Below are positions 7,078-15,168 of a DNA stretch of 40,000 nucleotides, piece by piece (position 1 is the stretch's first letter; every line of letters starts with the position of its first letter). The position numbers and the translations under genes are program-made. Origin of the DNA: Roseomonas genomospecies 6. GTDB taxonomy: Bacteria; Pseudomonadota; Alphaproteobacteria; Azospirillales; Azospirillaceae. The stretch is taken from contig NZ_QOKW01000029.1 in the NCBI RefSeq assembly GCF_008365375.1, positions 44,366-84,365 of the forward strand. Direction: 5' to 3'. The notes beneath the pieces were generated by a model. That model saw only the letters and a list, made by a program, of their open reading frames with translations. It searched no databases and was not told the origin of the DNA.

Positions 7078-8961
7078 ATGAAGGTATTGTCTCGATGGCT
7101 TCTGGCGTCGGTCGCAATCGTTGCTGCCGGTTCCGTTTCTGCGAACGACAGCGTTATGAAGAATGAGGCGAACCCGAACAACTGGGCGTCTCAGCTCGGC
7201 AACTATGCCGGACAGCGTTACAGCCCGCTCGACCAAATCAACACCGGCAACGTCAAGGACCTTCAAGTCGCCTGGTCTTTCTCGACCGGAGTTCTGCGCG
7301 GCCACGAAGGCGGTCCGATCGTCGTCGGCGATGTGATGTACATCCACACGCCTTTCCCCAACAAGGTCTTCGCTCTGGATTTGAACAATCCCGGGCGCGT
7401 CATCTGGAAGTATGAATCGGTCCAGGACCCGACCGTCATCCCGGTCATGTGCTGCGACACGGTCAACCGCGGCGTTGCGGTCGCGGACGGCAAGGTCTTC
7501 CTGGCGCAGGCCGACAACACGCTGGTCGCTCTCGACGCGAAGACCGGCAAGGAACTTTGGAAGGCCAAGAACGGCGATCACACCAAGGGCGAAACCCTGA
7601 CGGCGGCCCCGCTGGTGGTCAAGGACAAGGTCTACGTCGGCATCAGCGGCGGCGAGTTCGGCGTGCGCGGGCATCTGACGGCCTATGACACGAACAGCGG
7701 CAAGATGGTGTGGCGGGCCTTCTCGACCGGCCCCGACACCGACGTGAAGATCGACCCGCAGAAGACGACGATGATGGGCAAGCCCATCGGGCAGAAGGAT
7801 CTCGGCGTTTCCACATGGCCGGGCGAGGAATGGAAGCGGGGCGGCGGGACGACCTGGGGCTGGTACACCTACGATCCGGCGCTCAACCTGATCTATTACG
7901 GCACCGGCAACCCGGGCACCTGGAACCCGGTCCAGCGGGCCGTCGACAACGACCGGAACAAGAGCGACAACAAATGGTCGATGACCATCTTCGCGCGCGA
8001 CCCCGAAACCGGTGAGGCAAAGTGGGTCTACCAGAAGACGCCCTTCGACGAATGGGACTTCGATGGCGTCAACGAGAACATCCTGGCCGACATTCCCATC
8101 AACGGCCAGACGCGCAAAGTCCTGGTCAACTTCGACCGCAACGGCTTCGCCTACACCCTGGACCGTGAAACCGGCGAGTTGCTCGTCGCGCAGAAGTTCG
8201 ACCCGACGGTCAACTGGGCGACCGACGTCGACATGAAAACCGGGCGTCCGAACGTCGTCGACAAGTACAGCACCTTCGCCAACGGCGAAGACAAGAACAC
8301 CGCCGCCGTCTGTCCCGCCGCCCTCGGCACGAAGGACCAGCAGCCGGCGTCCTTCTCGCCGGACACCGGGTTGTTCTATGTCCCGACGAACCACATCTGC
8401 ATGGATTACGAGCCCTTCTCGGTCTCCTACACCGCCGGTCAGGCCTATGTCGGCTCGACGGTCTCCATGTACCCGACGCCGAACTCGCACGGCGGCATGG
8501 GCAACTTCATCGCCTGGGACGCGGCGGCCGGCAAGATCGTCTGGTCGCGGCCGGAGCGCTTCGCGGTGTGGAGCGGCGCCCTGTCCACCAAGGGCGGCGT
8601 GGCTTACTACGGGACACTCGAAGGCTATCTCGTCGCCGTCGACATGAAGGACGGCAAGGAGCTGTGGCGGTTCAAGACCCCGTCCGGCATCATCGGCAAC
8701 GTCAACACCTACACGCACAACGGGAAGCAGTATGTGGCCGTCCTGTCCGGCGTCGGCGGCTGGGCGGGCATCGGTCTCGCCGCCGGCCTGACCCAGGAAT
8801 CCGGGGCGAACCAGTGGCACCAGGCCGTCCATCCCGGACGGACGGGAGGCACGGGGGTGTCGACCGCCGGTCTGGGCGCGGTCGGCGCCCACCAGTCGCT
8901 GGGCGAGTATACCCAGCTCGGCGGGGTCCTGACGGTGTTCCACATCCCGGACCAGAGGTGA
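7078..8961 (+). CDS. xoxF: XoxF-type lanthanide-dependent PQQ methanol/alcohol dehydrogenase
   Basis: ATG at 7078 with GGGAGGG RBS and signal peptide [22 protein letters not shown]. It has the vicinal-disulfide motif [10 protein letters not shown] and [11 protein letters not shown], with Asp where MxaF has Ala (DYAG). No mxaI-like small-subunit gene follows. Confidence 0.92.
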   Translation: MKVLSRWLLASVAIVAAGSVSANDSVMKNEANPNNWASQLGNYAGQRYSPLDQINTGNVKDLQVAWSFSTGVLRGHEGGPIVVGDVMYIHTPFPNKVFALDLNNPGRVIWKYESVQDPTVIPVMCCDTVNRGVAVADGKVFLAQADNTLVALDAKTGKELWKAKNGDHTKGETLTAAPLVVKDKVYVGISGGEFGVRGHLTAYDTNSGKMVWRAFSTGPDTDVKIDPQKTTMMGKPIGQKDLGVSTWPGEEWKRGGGTTWGWYTYDPALNLIYYGTGNPGTWNPVQRAVDNDRNKSDNKWSMTIFARDPETGEAKWVYQKTPFDEWDFDGVNENILADIPINGQTRKVLVNFDRNGFAYTLDRETGELLVAQKFDPTVNWATDVDMKTGRPNVVDKYSTFANGEDKNTAAVCPAALGTKDQQPASFSPDTGLFYVPTNHICMDYEPFSVSYTAGQAYVGSTVSMYPTPNSHGGMGNFIAWDAAAGKIVWSRPERFAVWSGALSTKGGVAYYGTLEGYLVAVDMKDGKELWRFKTPSGIIGNVNTYTHNGKQYVAVLSGVGGWAGIGLAAGLTQESGANQWHQAVHPGRTGGTGVSTAGLGAVGAHQSLGEYTQLGGVLTVFHIPDQR

Positions 8962-8972
8962 TCGGCAGACCT

Positions 8973-9000
8973 GCCCCCGGTGCCGCAACGCACCGGGGGC
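8973..9000 (+). terminator. Perfect 10-bp stem hairpin just after the xoxF stop; partial terminator or mRNA stabiliser
   Basis: GCCCCCGGTG-ccgcaacg-CACCGGGGGC, followed by ttcgctttcc. It lies 12 nt after the TGA at 8959-8961. Confidence 0.45.
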
Positions 9001-9006
9001 TTCGCT

Positions 9007-9051
9007 TTCCGGCCCACACTCTTCCGGCCCACACCCTTCCGGCTCACACTG
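9007..9051. repeat. Tandem 15-bp repeat x3 between xoxF and the cytochrome gene
   Basis: TTCCGGCCCACACTC / TTCCGGCCCACACCC / TTCCGGCTCACACTG, head to tail. Confidence 0.85.
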
Positions 9052-9084
9052 CGGCCCGGCGTCCGGGCGAGGATTTCGACACAC

Positions 9085-9522
9085 ATGAAACGCAGACTTG
9101 GCTTGCTGACCGGCATGCTGACCGCGGGCACCGTCGTCTGTTTCGCCGCTCTGGCGGAGGACAAGCCCGTCACCGCGGACGGGGTGCCGACCTACATCGT
9201 CAAGGACGGTCAGGTGGACAGGGGAACCTACAACGGCTATCGGCGCTTCCACGCGACCTGCCACACCTGCCACGGCTTCGACGCATCGGGATCGTCCTTC
9301 GCTCCCAGCCTGACGGACTCCCTCAAGCGCATCGGCTATGACGAGTTCAAGGAGGTCGTCGTCAACGGCCGCCAGAACCAGGGCGCCACCGGTGACCGGG
9401 TGATGCCCTCCTTCGGCCTGGACCCGAACATCATGGAGCATCTGGACGACATCTACCGCTACCTGAAAGCGCGCGCGGACGGCGCGCTGCCCGGAGGGCG
9501 TCCGCAACGCCTCGGCGGTTGA
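9085..9522 (+). CDS. xoxG: Periplasmic mono-haem c-type cytochrome in the XoxG position
   Basis: 145 aa with signal peptide MKRRLGLLTGMLTAGTVVCFAALA and a single CxxCH (HATCHTCHG). VMPSFG probably supplies the Met ligand. It is shorter than classical cytochrome cL and resembles the small 'methanol metabolism-related' cytochromes. Confidence 0.65.
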   Translation: MKRRLGLLTGMLTAGTVVCFAALAEDKPVTADGVPTYIVKDGQVDRGTYNGYRRFHATCHTCHGFDASGSSFAPSLTDSLKRIGYDEFKEVVVNGRQNQGATGDRVMPSFGLDPNIMEHLDDIYRYLKARADGALPGGRPQRLGG

Positions 9523-9545
9523 TCCGGCAGACGGGAGGCACATTC

Positions 9546-10865
9546 ATGGCGGCGATGCGCAGAGGCGTTCTTTCCGTCGCGGCTGCGGCCGCGGTGCTTG
9601 CCGGCACCGCGGCCCCGCCGGCCCTGGCCGTCGAGGTGACGGACCGGGAATCCGTGCGGGTCTGCGCCGACGGAAACCTGCTGCCCTACTCCAACGAGAA
9701 GCTGGAAGGCTTCGAGAACGAGATCGCCCGGCTGATCGGGGAGGACCTGAAGAAGCCGGTGACCTATTACTGGTGGCCCCAGACCATCGGCTTCGTCCGC
9801 AACACGCTGCGCGCGCGGCAGTGCGATCTCGTGATGGGCACGGCGTCCGGCGAAGAGCAGATGCAGAACACCAACCCCTACTACCGGACCGTCTACGCTC
9901 TGGTCTACCGTACGAAATCGGGCATCCAGGCGGAGACCGTGGGCGACCCGTCCCTGAAGGACGCCCGCATCGGCGTCGTCGAGAAGACTCCCGCGGTCAA
10001 CCTCCTGCGGCGTTACGGCATCATCCGGACCGAGCCCTACCAGCTCAACACGGACACGCGCACGAACAACCCGGCCCGCGACGCCATCGCGGACGTGGCC
10101 GCCGGGAAGACCGACGCCGCGGTGATCTGGGGACCGATCGCCGGCTATTTCGCCGCCCAGCAGGCGGAACCGCTGACCGTCGTGCCGCTGGTCAAGGAGC
10201 CGCCGACGGCCCGGCTGCAATTCAACATCTCCATGGGCATCCGCGCCGACGAACCGGAGTGGAAGCACTGGCTCAACGACTTCATCAAGCGCCGCCAGGA
10301 CGACATCGATCGCATCCTCCTGCGTTATCACGTCCCGATCATCGGACCGGACGGCGCGCTCAAGACGGCCGCCGCCCTGGAGCCGCCGGACTACCGGATG
10401 GACCATTACCGCGCCCCGACCCCCGCCGGCCTGTCCGGCGCGTCCACCGTGACCCTGGCGGAATTGCGCGGGTTGATCGAACGCTTCCCGGACACGCGGC
10501 TGATCGACGTGATGCCGGCGGCGCCGCGCCCGGCGGACCGACCCGCTTCGGCGGTGTGGGTTCCTCCGCCCCGCCGCAGCCTGCCGGGGGCGGTCTGGCT
10601 GCCCAACGTCGGCTACGGCAGCCTGTCCGGCGACCAGGAACGCTATTTCCGCGCCGGGCTGGAGGCGCTGAGCAAAGGGAACCGGGAGCCCCGGCTGGTC
10701 TTCTTCTGCGAGCCGGACTGCTGGATGTCCTGGAACGCCGCGAAGCGCGCCGTGGAGTGGGGCTATGGCAACGTCTACTGGTATTCCGACGGCGCCATGC
10801 GGTGGCAGGAGGCGGGCTACGCGCTGGAGACGGTTCAGCCCTTCGCCGGCGGCGCCTCGAACTGA
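9546..10865 (+). CDS. xoxJ: XoxJ/MoxJ-like periplasmic binding protein fused to a C-terminal PQQ-associated CXXCW (rhodanese-like) domain
   Basis: ATG at 9546 with GGGAGG RBS and a signal peptide ending PALA. The N-terminal ~285 aa are MoxJ-like (VRVCADGNLLPYSN, DLVMG, WGPIAGYF). From ~10377 the sequence reads YRAPTPAGLSGASTVT...LPGAVWLPNVGYG...VFFCEPDCWMSWNAAKRA...GYGNVYWYSDG, which is the CXXCW family signature. Confidence 0.8.
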   Translation: MAAMRRGVLSVAAAAAVLAGTAAPPALAVEVTDRESVRVCADGNLLPYSNEKLEGFENEIARLIGEDLKKPVTYYWWPQTIGFVRNTLRARQCDLVMGTASGEEQMQNTNPYYRTVYALVYRTKSGIQAETVGDPSLKDARIGVVEKTPAVNLLRRYGIIRTEPYQLNTDTRTNNPARDAIADVAAGKTDAAVIWGPIAGYFAAQQAEPLTVVPLVKEPPTARLQFNISMGIRADEPEWKHWLNDFIKRRQDDIDRILLRYHVPIIGPDGALKTAAALEPPDYRMDHYRAPTPAGLSGASTVTLAELRGLIERFPDTRLIDVMPAAPRPADRPASAVWVPPPRRSLPGAVWLPNVGYGSLSGDQERYFRAGLEALSKGNREPRLVFFCEPDCWMSWNAAKRAVEWGYGNVYWYSDGAMRWQEAGYALETVQPFAGGASN

Positions 10866-10894
10866 GCGTGTGCCGTCCTGAATCGAGGTGGCCT

Positions 10895-11515
10895 TCAGTC
10901 CAGGCGGGCGGCGATGACGCGCGCGATGCGGCCCGCCTTCCGTTCGATCTGGACCGGCTGGTCGCACAGCGCCGTCTGATGGCGCCGCCGTTCGTCGAGG
11001 ATGCGCCGACGCCAGGCGATGTCCTCCCGCAGGACCGCCGCCTCGGGGGCATCGGCGGGAAGCCCGTTGAGGCGGGTCAACGCCTTGTCGATGCTGTCGA
11101 GCAGGTCGCGCTGCTGGTGGGCATAGCGCCGGATGGCCGCGATGGCTTGGCCGCGCTCCTGGTTGAGCGCGTCGAAGGCACCGGCGAACAGGGCGGTAAG
11201 GGCCGCGTTGCGGTCCGCCCCGGTCTTCGTCCCACTGGCTTCCAGTTGATCGGCGAACCGGTCGATCACCGCCTGTTCCTGCTCCGGATCGAGCCGGCGG
11301 TTGAGGACCTGCTTCAGAACCGGTTCGACGCCGGGAATGTCGCGCCAGTCCCCCTCCCTCCCCTCGATGGGCTCGCCGGGCCAGATCTGGCCGGACGACA
11401 GGGCCGGAACCAGGACCTGGACGCAGGGCCAATCCGGATCGCCGCCCCCGGCGGCACCCGCCGGGACGGCCCCCAGGATGAGGAATGCGGCGACGAGAGC
11501 GGAGTGGTGACGCAT
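10895..11515 (-). CDS. Exported hypothetical protein (206 aa), helix-rich, 2 Cys
   Basis: ATG at 11515. Signal peptide MRHHSALVAAFLILGAVPAGAAG, then DPDWPCVQ... I recognise no family. It is divergent from the DUF3280-led operon. Confidence 0.6.
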   Translation of the reverse strand: MRHHSALVAAFLILGAVPAGAAGGGDPDWPCVQVLVPALSSGQIWPGEPIEGREGDWRDIPGVEPVLKQVLNRRLDPEQEQAVIDRFADQLEASGTKTGADRNAALTALFAGAFDALNQERGQAIAAIRRYAHQQRDLLDSIDKALTRLNGLPADAPEAAVLREDIAWRRRILDERRRHQTALCDQPVQIERKAGRIARVIAARLD

Positions 11516-11573
11516 GGTACGATTCTGCAGGACGTCGGGCCGGTCTGCCCATCCGGTCATTCGGATAAGGCCG

Positions 11574-12080
11574 ATGGAATTCGTCCTGGCGGCGGCCCTG
11601 CCGCTGGCTCTGCTGCTGGCGTCCCCCGCCCCGGCTGCGGCGGAGACGCCGGTCAAGGTGATGGTCTTCGACGTCGAGCTGGTCGACACCAGCCAGGAGG
11701 GTCCCGATCCGGACCATCCCGGAAGGCTGGAGCGGGTGACGGCGCTCCTGCGCGACGGGTTGAGGGATGGCGGCTTCGAGGTGACCGCCGCACGCGACAG
11801 CGCCATCGCCGCGGAGCTTCCGGCGACGCTGCGCCAGTGCAACGGATGCGAACTCGACCTGGGGCGCCGGGCGGGCGCGGATGTCGTGGTGACGGGATTC
11901 ATCCATAAGATCAGCACGCTGATCCTGAACATGCAGATTATAATGCGCCGAAGCGGAGACGGCGGCATCGTCGCCGTCGGAAACGCGGACATCCGCGGCG
12001 ACAACGAACGGTCATGGCGGCGCGGTGTCGAATGGCTGCTGCGTCACCGTCTTCTCGCCGCACCGCCGTCCGACCGGTGA
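11574..12080 (+). CDS. Exported DUF3280/DUF2380-like protein
   Basis: ATG at 11574 with signal peptide MEFVLAAALPLALLLASPAPAAA. It has VFDVELVDTS, the CNGCE motif, GFIHKISTLILNM and DIRGDNERSW, which match my memory of that family. Confidence 0.65.
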   Translation: MEFVLAAALPLALLLASPAPAAAETPVKVMVFDVELVDTSQEGPDPDHPGRLERVTALLRDGLRDGGFEVTAARDSAIAAELPATLRQCNGCELDLGRRAGADVVVTGFIHKISTLILNMQIIMRRSGDGGIVAVGNADIRGDNERSWRRGVEWLLRHRLLAAPPSDR

Positions 12081-12142
12081 CGCATTCCGAAGCATCCGAG
12101 GCGGGGGAACCGACCTTCGCCCGACACGGGGAGGAGGATCGC

Positions 12143-12565
12143 TTGGCCGACGACGCTTTGCTCTCCGATGTGCCGTACCGCCCGGCGGCGAGCCGCCTCC
12201 GGTACTACGACATCACCCTGCGCGATTACGTGGACCGGTTCAGGATCGGGGTCTGGGACCAGGAGAAGGGGCGCACGCAGCGCGTCCGGATCAACGTCTC
12301 GCTGACGCTCCCCTGGCCCGACCGCCCGATGACCGACAACCTGGACGAGGTGCTGTCCTACGATTTCCTGATCGACGGCATCCGCGCCCTGCGCGACGGC
12401 GCGCACGTCCACCTCGTCGAGACGCTGGGCGACCGGATACTCGCCCTGTGCTTCGCCAACCCGAACGTGGTGCGGGCTCGGGTCCAGGTGGAGAAGCTGG
12501 ACGTCGTGCCGGAATCCGGCGGCGTCGGCGTGGTCATCGAGCGTTCCCGTCCAGAGGGATCATGA
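12143..12565 (+). CDS. Dihydroneopterin aldolase (FolB)-like protein of the H4MPT cofactor cluster
   Basis: FolB-like pattern: IGVWDQEKGRTQRVRINVSL...DEVLSYDFLI...LVETLGDRI...V.VEKLD. TTG at 12143 is preceded by GGGGAGGAGGA. An alternative GTG at 12077 overlaps the upstream TGA. Confidence 0.7.
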   Translation: MADDALLSDVPYRPAASRLRYYDITLRDYVDRFRIGVWDQEKGRTQRVRINVSLTLPWPDRPMTDNLDEVLSYDFLIDGIRALRDGAHVHLVETLGDRILALCFANPNVVRARVQVEKLDVVPESGGVGVVIERSRPEGS

Positions 12566-13218
12566 GCAGCGCGCCGCTGTGGGTGGTGAAGCTGGGCGGC
12601 AGCCTGTGGCGCGCCCCGGAACTGCGGCGCTGGCTGGAGATTTTGGCCGCGGCGCGGCGCCTGCGGGTCGTGGTCGTCCCCGGGGGCGGCCCCTTCGCCG
12701 ACGCCGTGCGCGACGCCCAGCCGGCGCTCGGCTTCGGCGACCGCGCCGCGCACCGCATGGCGCTGCTGGCGATGGAGCAGTACGGGACCGCGCTGGCCGA
12801 CCTGGAGCCGCGCCTGACGCCCGCCCGCACCCCCGCCGACCTGCGCGGCCTGCCCAGCCCGACCGTCTGGATGCCGCTTCCCCTGGCCGATGGCGCCGAC
12901 GTGGCCGAAAGCTGGGACGTCACGTCCGACAGTCTGGCGGTCTGGCTGGCCGGAGCGCTCGGCGCCGCCTGCGCGGTGCTGGTCAAATCCGCCGCCCTGC
13001 CGGATGCGGCCACCCCGGTGTCCCGCCTCGTCGCGGACGGCGTGGTCGATCCGGCGCTGCCGGACCGCCTGGACCGTTTCGGCGGAACCGTCTGGTGCGT
13101 GTCGAAGGACGATCACCGGCGCTTCGCCGAAGCGCTGGACCAGGGCAACCCGTGCGGCACCCGCCTGACCGGGGCCGTCGATGGGCAGGACTCCGATGGC
13201 CAGGCCCCCGATGGCTGA
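12562..13218 (+). CDS. Amino-acid (Asp/Glu/uridylate) kinase family protein of the H4MPT/methanofuran cluster
   Basis: ATGA overlaps the upstream stop. Motifs: VVKLGGSL, VVVPGGGPFAD, WDVTSDSLA. Confidence 0.75.
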   Translation: MSSAPLWVVKLGGSLWRAPELRRWLEILAAARRLRVVVVPGGGPFADAVRDAQPALGFGDRAAHRMALLAMEQYGTALADLEPRLTPARTPADLRGLPSPTVWMPLPLADGADVAESWDVTSDSLAVWLAGALGAACAVLVKSAALPDAATPVSRLVADGVVDPALPDRLDRFGGTVWCVSKDDHRRFAEALDQGNPCGTRLTGAVDGQDSDGQAPDG

Positions 13219-14578
13219 GCATCCAAAACACGTCCTGTTCCTGACCGGCGCGTTGGCCGAACCGCGCCTGCGCCGCGTGCTCGCCGCGCTGGAGCCGCTG
13301 GATTTCCGGGCCACGGTGGTCAATCTCGGCATCAAGGTCGCGGCGCTGGCGACGACGGAGATCGTGCTGCGCCGCCTCGCCTCGACCGAAGGGGCCGACC
13401 TCGTGCTTCTGCCGGGCCGGTTCCGCGGGGACCTCGACCGGCTGTCCGCCCATTTCGGCGTGCCCTTCGAGCGCGGCCCCGACGAGTTGGAGGATCTGCC
13501 CCAGCATTTCCGGCGTCAAGCCGCCCCGGTCGATCTCAGCCGCCACCGCACGGGCATCTTCGCCGAGATCGTCGAGGCGCCGCTGCTCGGCGTGCCGGCC
13601 ATCCTGGAGCGCGCCGCCCGGTTCCAGACGGACGGGGCGGACGTGATCGACCTCGGATGCCTGCCCGAACATCCCTTCCCCCATCTGGAGGAGGCGGTGA
13701 CGGCGCTGCACGACGCCGGCCATACGGTCAGCGTCGATTCCCTCGATCCCAAGGAGCTTCTGCGCGGTGCGGCGGCGGGCGCCTCCTACCTGCTGAGCCT
13801 GACCGAAGCGACGGCCTGGGTCGCCCGCGAGACGGACGCGGTGCCCATCGTCATCCCCACCACGCCGGGCGATCTCCCGTCGCTGTACCGGGCGCTGGAC
13901 GCGATCCGCGCGGAGGGCCGACGCTGCATCGCCGACCCGATCCTGGAGCCGATCCATTACGGCTTCACCGACTCCCTGCTCCGCTACCGAGAGGTCCGGG
14001 CGCGCCATCCCGATCTGGAAATCCTGATGGGTGTCGGCAACGTGACCGAACTGACGGACGCCGACACGCCGGGGATGGTCGCGCTGCTGATGGGCATCGT
14101 GTCGGAACTGCGGATCGACCATATCCTGGCGGTGCAGGTCAGCCCCCATTGCCGCCGGACCATCCGCGAGTTCGACGCGGCGCGACGGCTGTTCTTCGCC
14201 GCATCGGAAGTCGGCGCCCTGCCCCGCAACTTCGGCGATGCCCTGCTCTGCCTGCGCGACCGCAAGCCATTCGTCAGCACGCCGGAGCAGGTGACGGACC
14301 TCGCCGCCCGCATCCGCGACCCGAATTACCGGATCGAGGTGACGGAGCAGGGCATCCATATCTACAACCGTGACGGGCATCATGTGGGCGACGACCCCTT
14401 CGCCCTGTTCCCGCACATCGACGTCCGCGGCGATCCGGGGCACGCCTTCTACTTGGGGGCGGAGCTGTCGCGCGCGCAGATCGCCTGGCAACTCGGCAAG
14501 CGCTACAGCCAGGACGGCGAACTGCGCTGGGGCGTTGCGGTGGACGCGCCGGACGAGGACGGAGGGCGCAAGACGTGA
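13211..14578 (+). CDS. Dihydropteroate synthase-like (pterin-binding) protein with N- and C-terminal extra domains
   Basis: ATG at 13211 overlaps the upstream gene by 8 nt. The central GADVIDLGC...VSVDS...IADPILEP...MGVGNVTELTDADT matches the pterin-binding barrel pattern. This gene is conserved in bacterial H4MPT clusters. Confidence 0.8.
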   Translation: MAEHPKHVLFLTGALAEPRLRRVLAALEPLDFRATVVNLGIKVAALATTEIVLRRLASTEGADLVLLPGRFRGDLDRLSAHFGVPFERGPDELEDLPQHFRRQAAPVDLSRHRTGIFAEIVEAPLLGVPAILERAARFQTDGADVIDLGCLPEHPFPHLEEAVTALHDAGHTVSVDSLDPKELLRGAAAGASYLLSLTEATAWVARETDAVPIVIPTTPGDLPSLYRALDAIRAEGRRCIADPILEPIHYGFTDSLLRYREVRARHPDLEILMGVGNVTELTDADTPGMVALLMGIVSELRIDHILAVQVSPHCRRTIREFDAARRLFFAASEVGALPRNFGDALLCLRDRKPFVSTPEQVTDLAARIRDPNYRIEVTEQGIHIYNRDGHHVGDDPFALFPHIDVRGDPGHAFYLGAELSRAQIAWQLGKRYSQDGELRWGVAVDAPDEDGGRKT

Positions 14579-15168
14579 CCTTCATACGGGAAACCATCGT
14601 CACGAGCTGCGATGCGGCGGGCAACGTCCATGTCGCGCCTATGGGCGCCACGGTGACGGAGACCGGCTATGTCCTGGCCCCCTTCCGCCCGTCGCGCACG
14701 CTCGACAACCTGCTCGCCACGCGCTGCGCCGTGGTGAACTTCACCGACGATGTCCGGGTGTTCGCCGGCTGCGTCACCGGGCGGCGGCGCGACTGGCCGA
14801 CCGTCCCGGCGGAGCGCATCCGCGGCAGCGTGCTCGCCGGAGCGCTGGCGCACGAGGAGGTGGAGGTGGTCGTGGTGGAGGATGACGGCCTGCGCCCCCG
14901 CCTGGACTGCCGCCCGGTGCATCTCGTCACCCACCAGCCCTTCCGCGGCTTCAACCGGGCGCAGGCGGCGGTGGTCGAAGGGGCGATCCTGGTCAGCCGC
15001 CTGCACCTCCTCCCGCCCGGGAAGATCGACCGCGAGATGGAGTATCTGTCCATCGCCATCGGGAAGACCGCCGGTCCCGTGGAACGGGAAGCCTGGGGCT
15101 GGCTGCTCGACCGCATCGCCGAACACCGGGCGCGAGAACACCGAGCGGACGGGGGAAGCGCGTCGTGA
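14575..15168 (+). CDS. DUF447-family protein (H4MPT/methanofuran-linked)
   Basis: GTGA overlaps the upstream stop. 197 aa: ETIVTS..G..HVAPMG....LAPF..S.T..NL. Position and pattern match the DUF447 genes of methylotroph clusters. Confidence 0.7.
   Translation: MTFIRETIVTSCDAAGNVHVAPMGATVTETGYVLAPFRPSRTLDNLLATRCAVVNFTDDVRVFAGCVTGRRRDWPTVPAERIRGSVLAGALAHEEVEVVVVEDDGLRPRLDCRPVHLVTHQPFRGFNRAQAAVVEGAILVSRLHLLPPGKIDREMEYLSIAIGKTAGPVEREAWGWLLDRIAEHRAREHRADGGSAS

Noticed and set aside
7078-8961. Calling the dehydrogenase MxaF (calcium-dependent)
   Set aside because: The lanthanide-coordinating Asp is present (WDFDG rather than DYAG). No mxaI small-subunit gene or mxa accessory genes follow, and the downstream genes are of the xoxG/xoxJ type.
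9007-9051. Possible CRISPR-like array (three regularly spaced 15-mers)
   Set aside because: The units are directly adjacent with no spacers. They are far shorter than CRISPR repeats, and no cas genes are present. It is a simple tandem repeat.
7045-9543. 832-aa minus-strand ORF antisense to xoxF and the cytochrome gene
   Set aside because: It is antisense to a gene with unambiguous PQQ-dehydrogenase motifs. It has no motifs of its own, and its composition is dominated by R, G, A, V and D, as expected for the complementary frame.
9459-11908. 815-aa (-) and 711-aa (+) ORFs across xoxJ and the divergent exported-protein pair
   Set aside because: Same reasoning. The alternative frames contain signal peptides, RBSs and family motifs, and these long frames do not.
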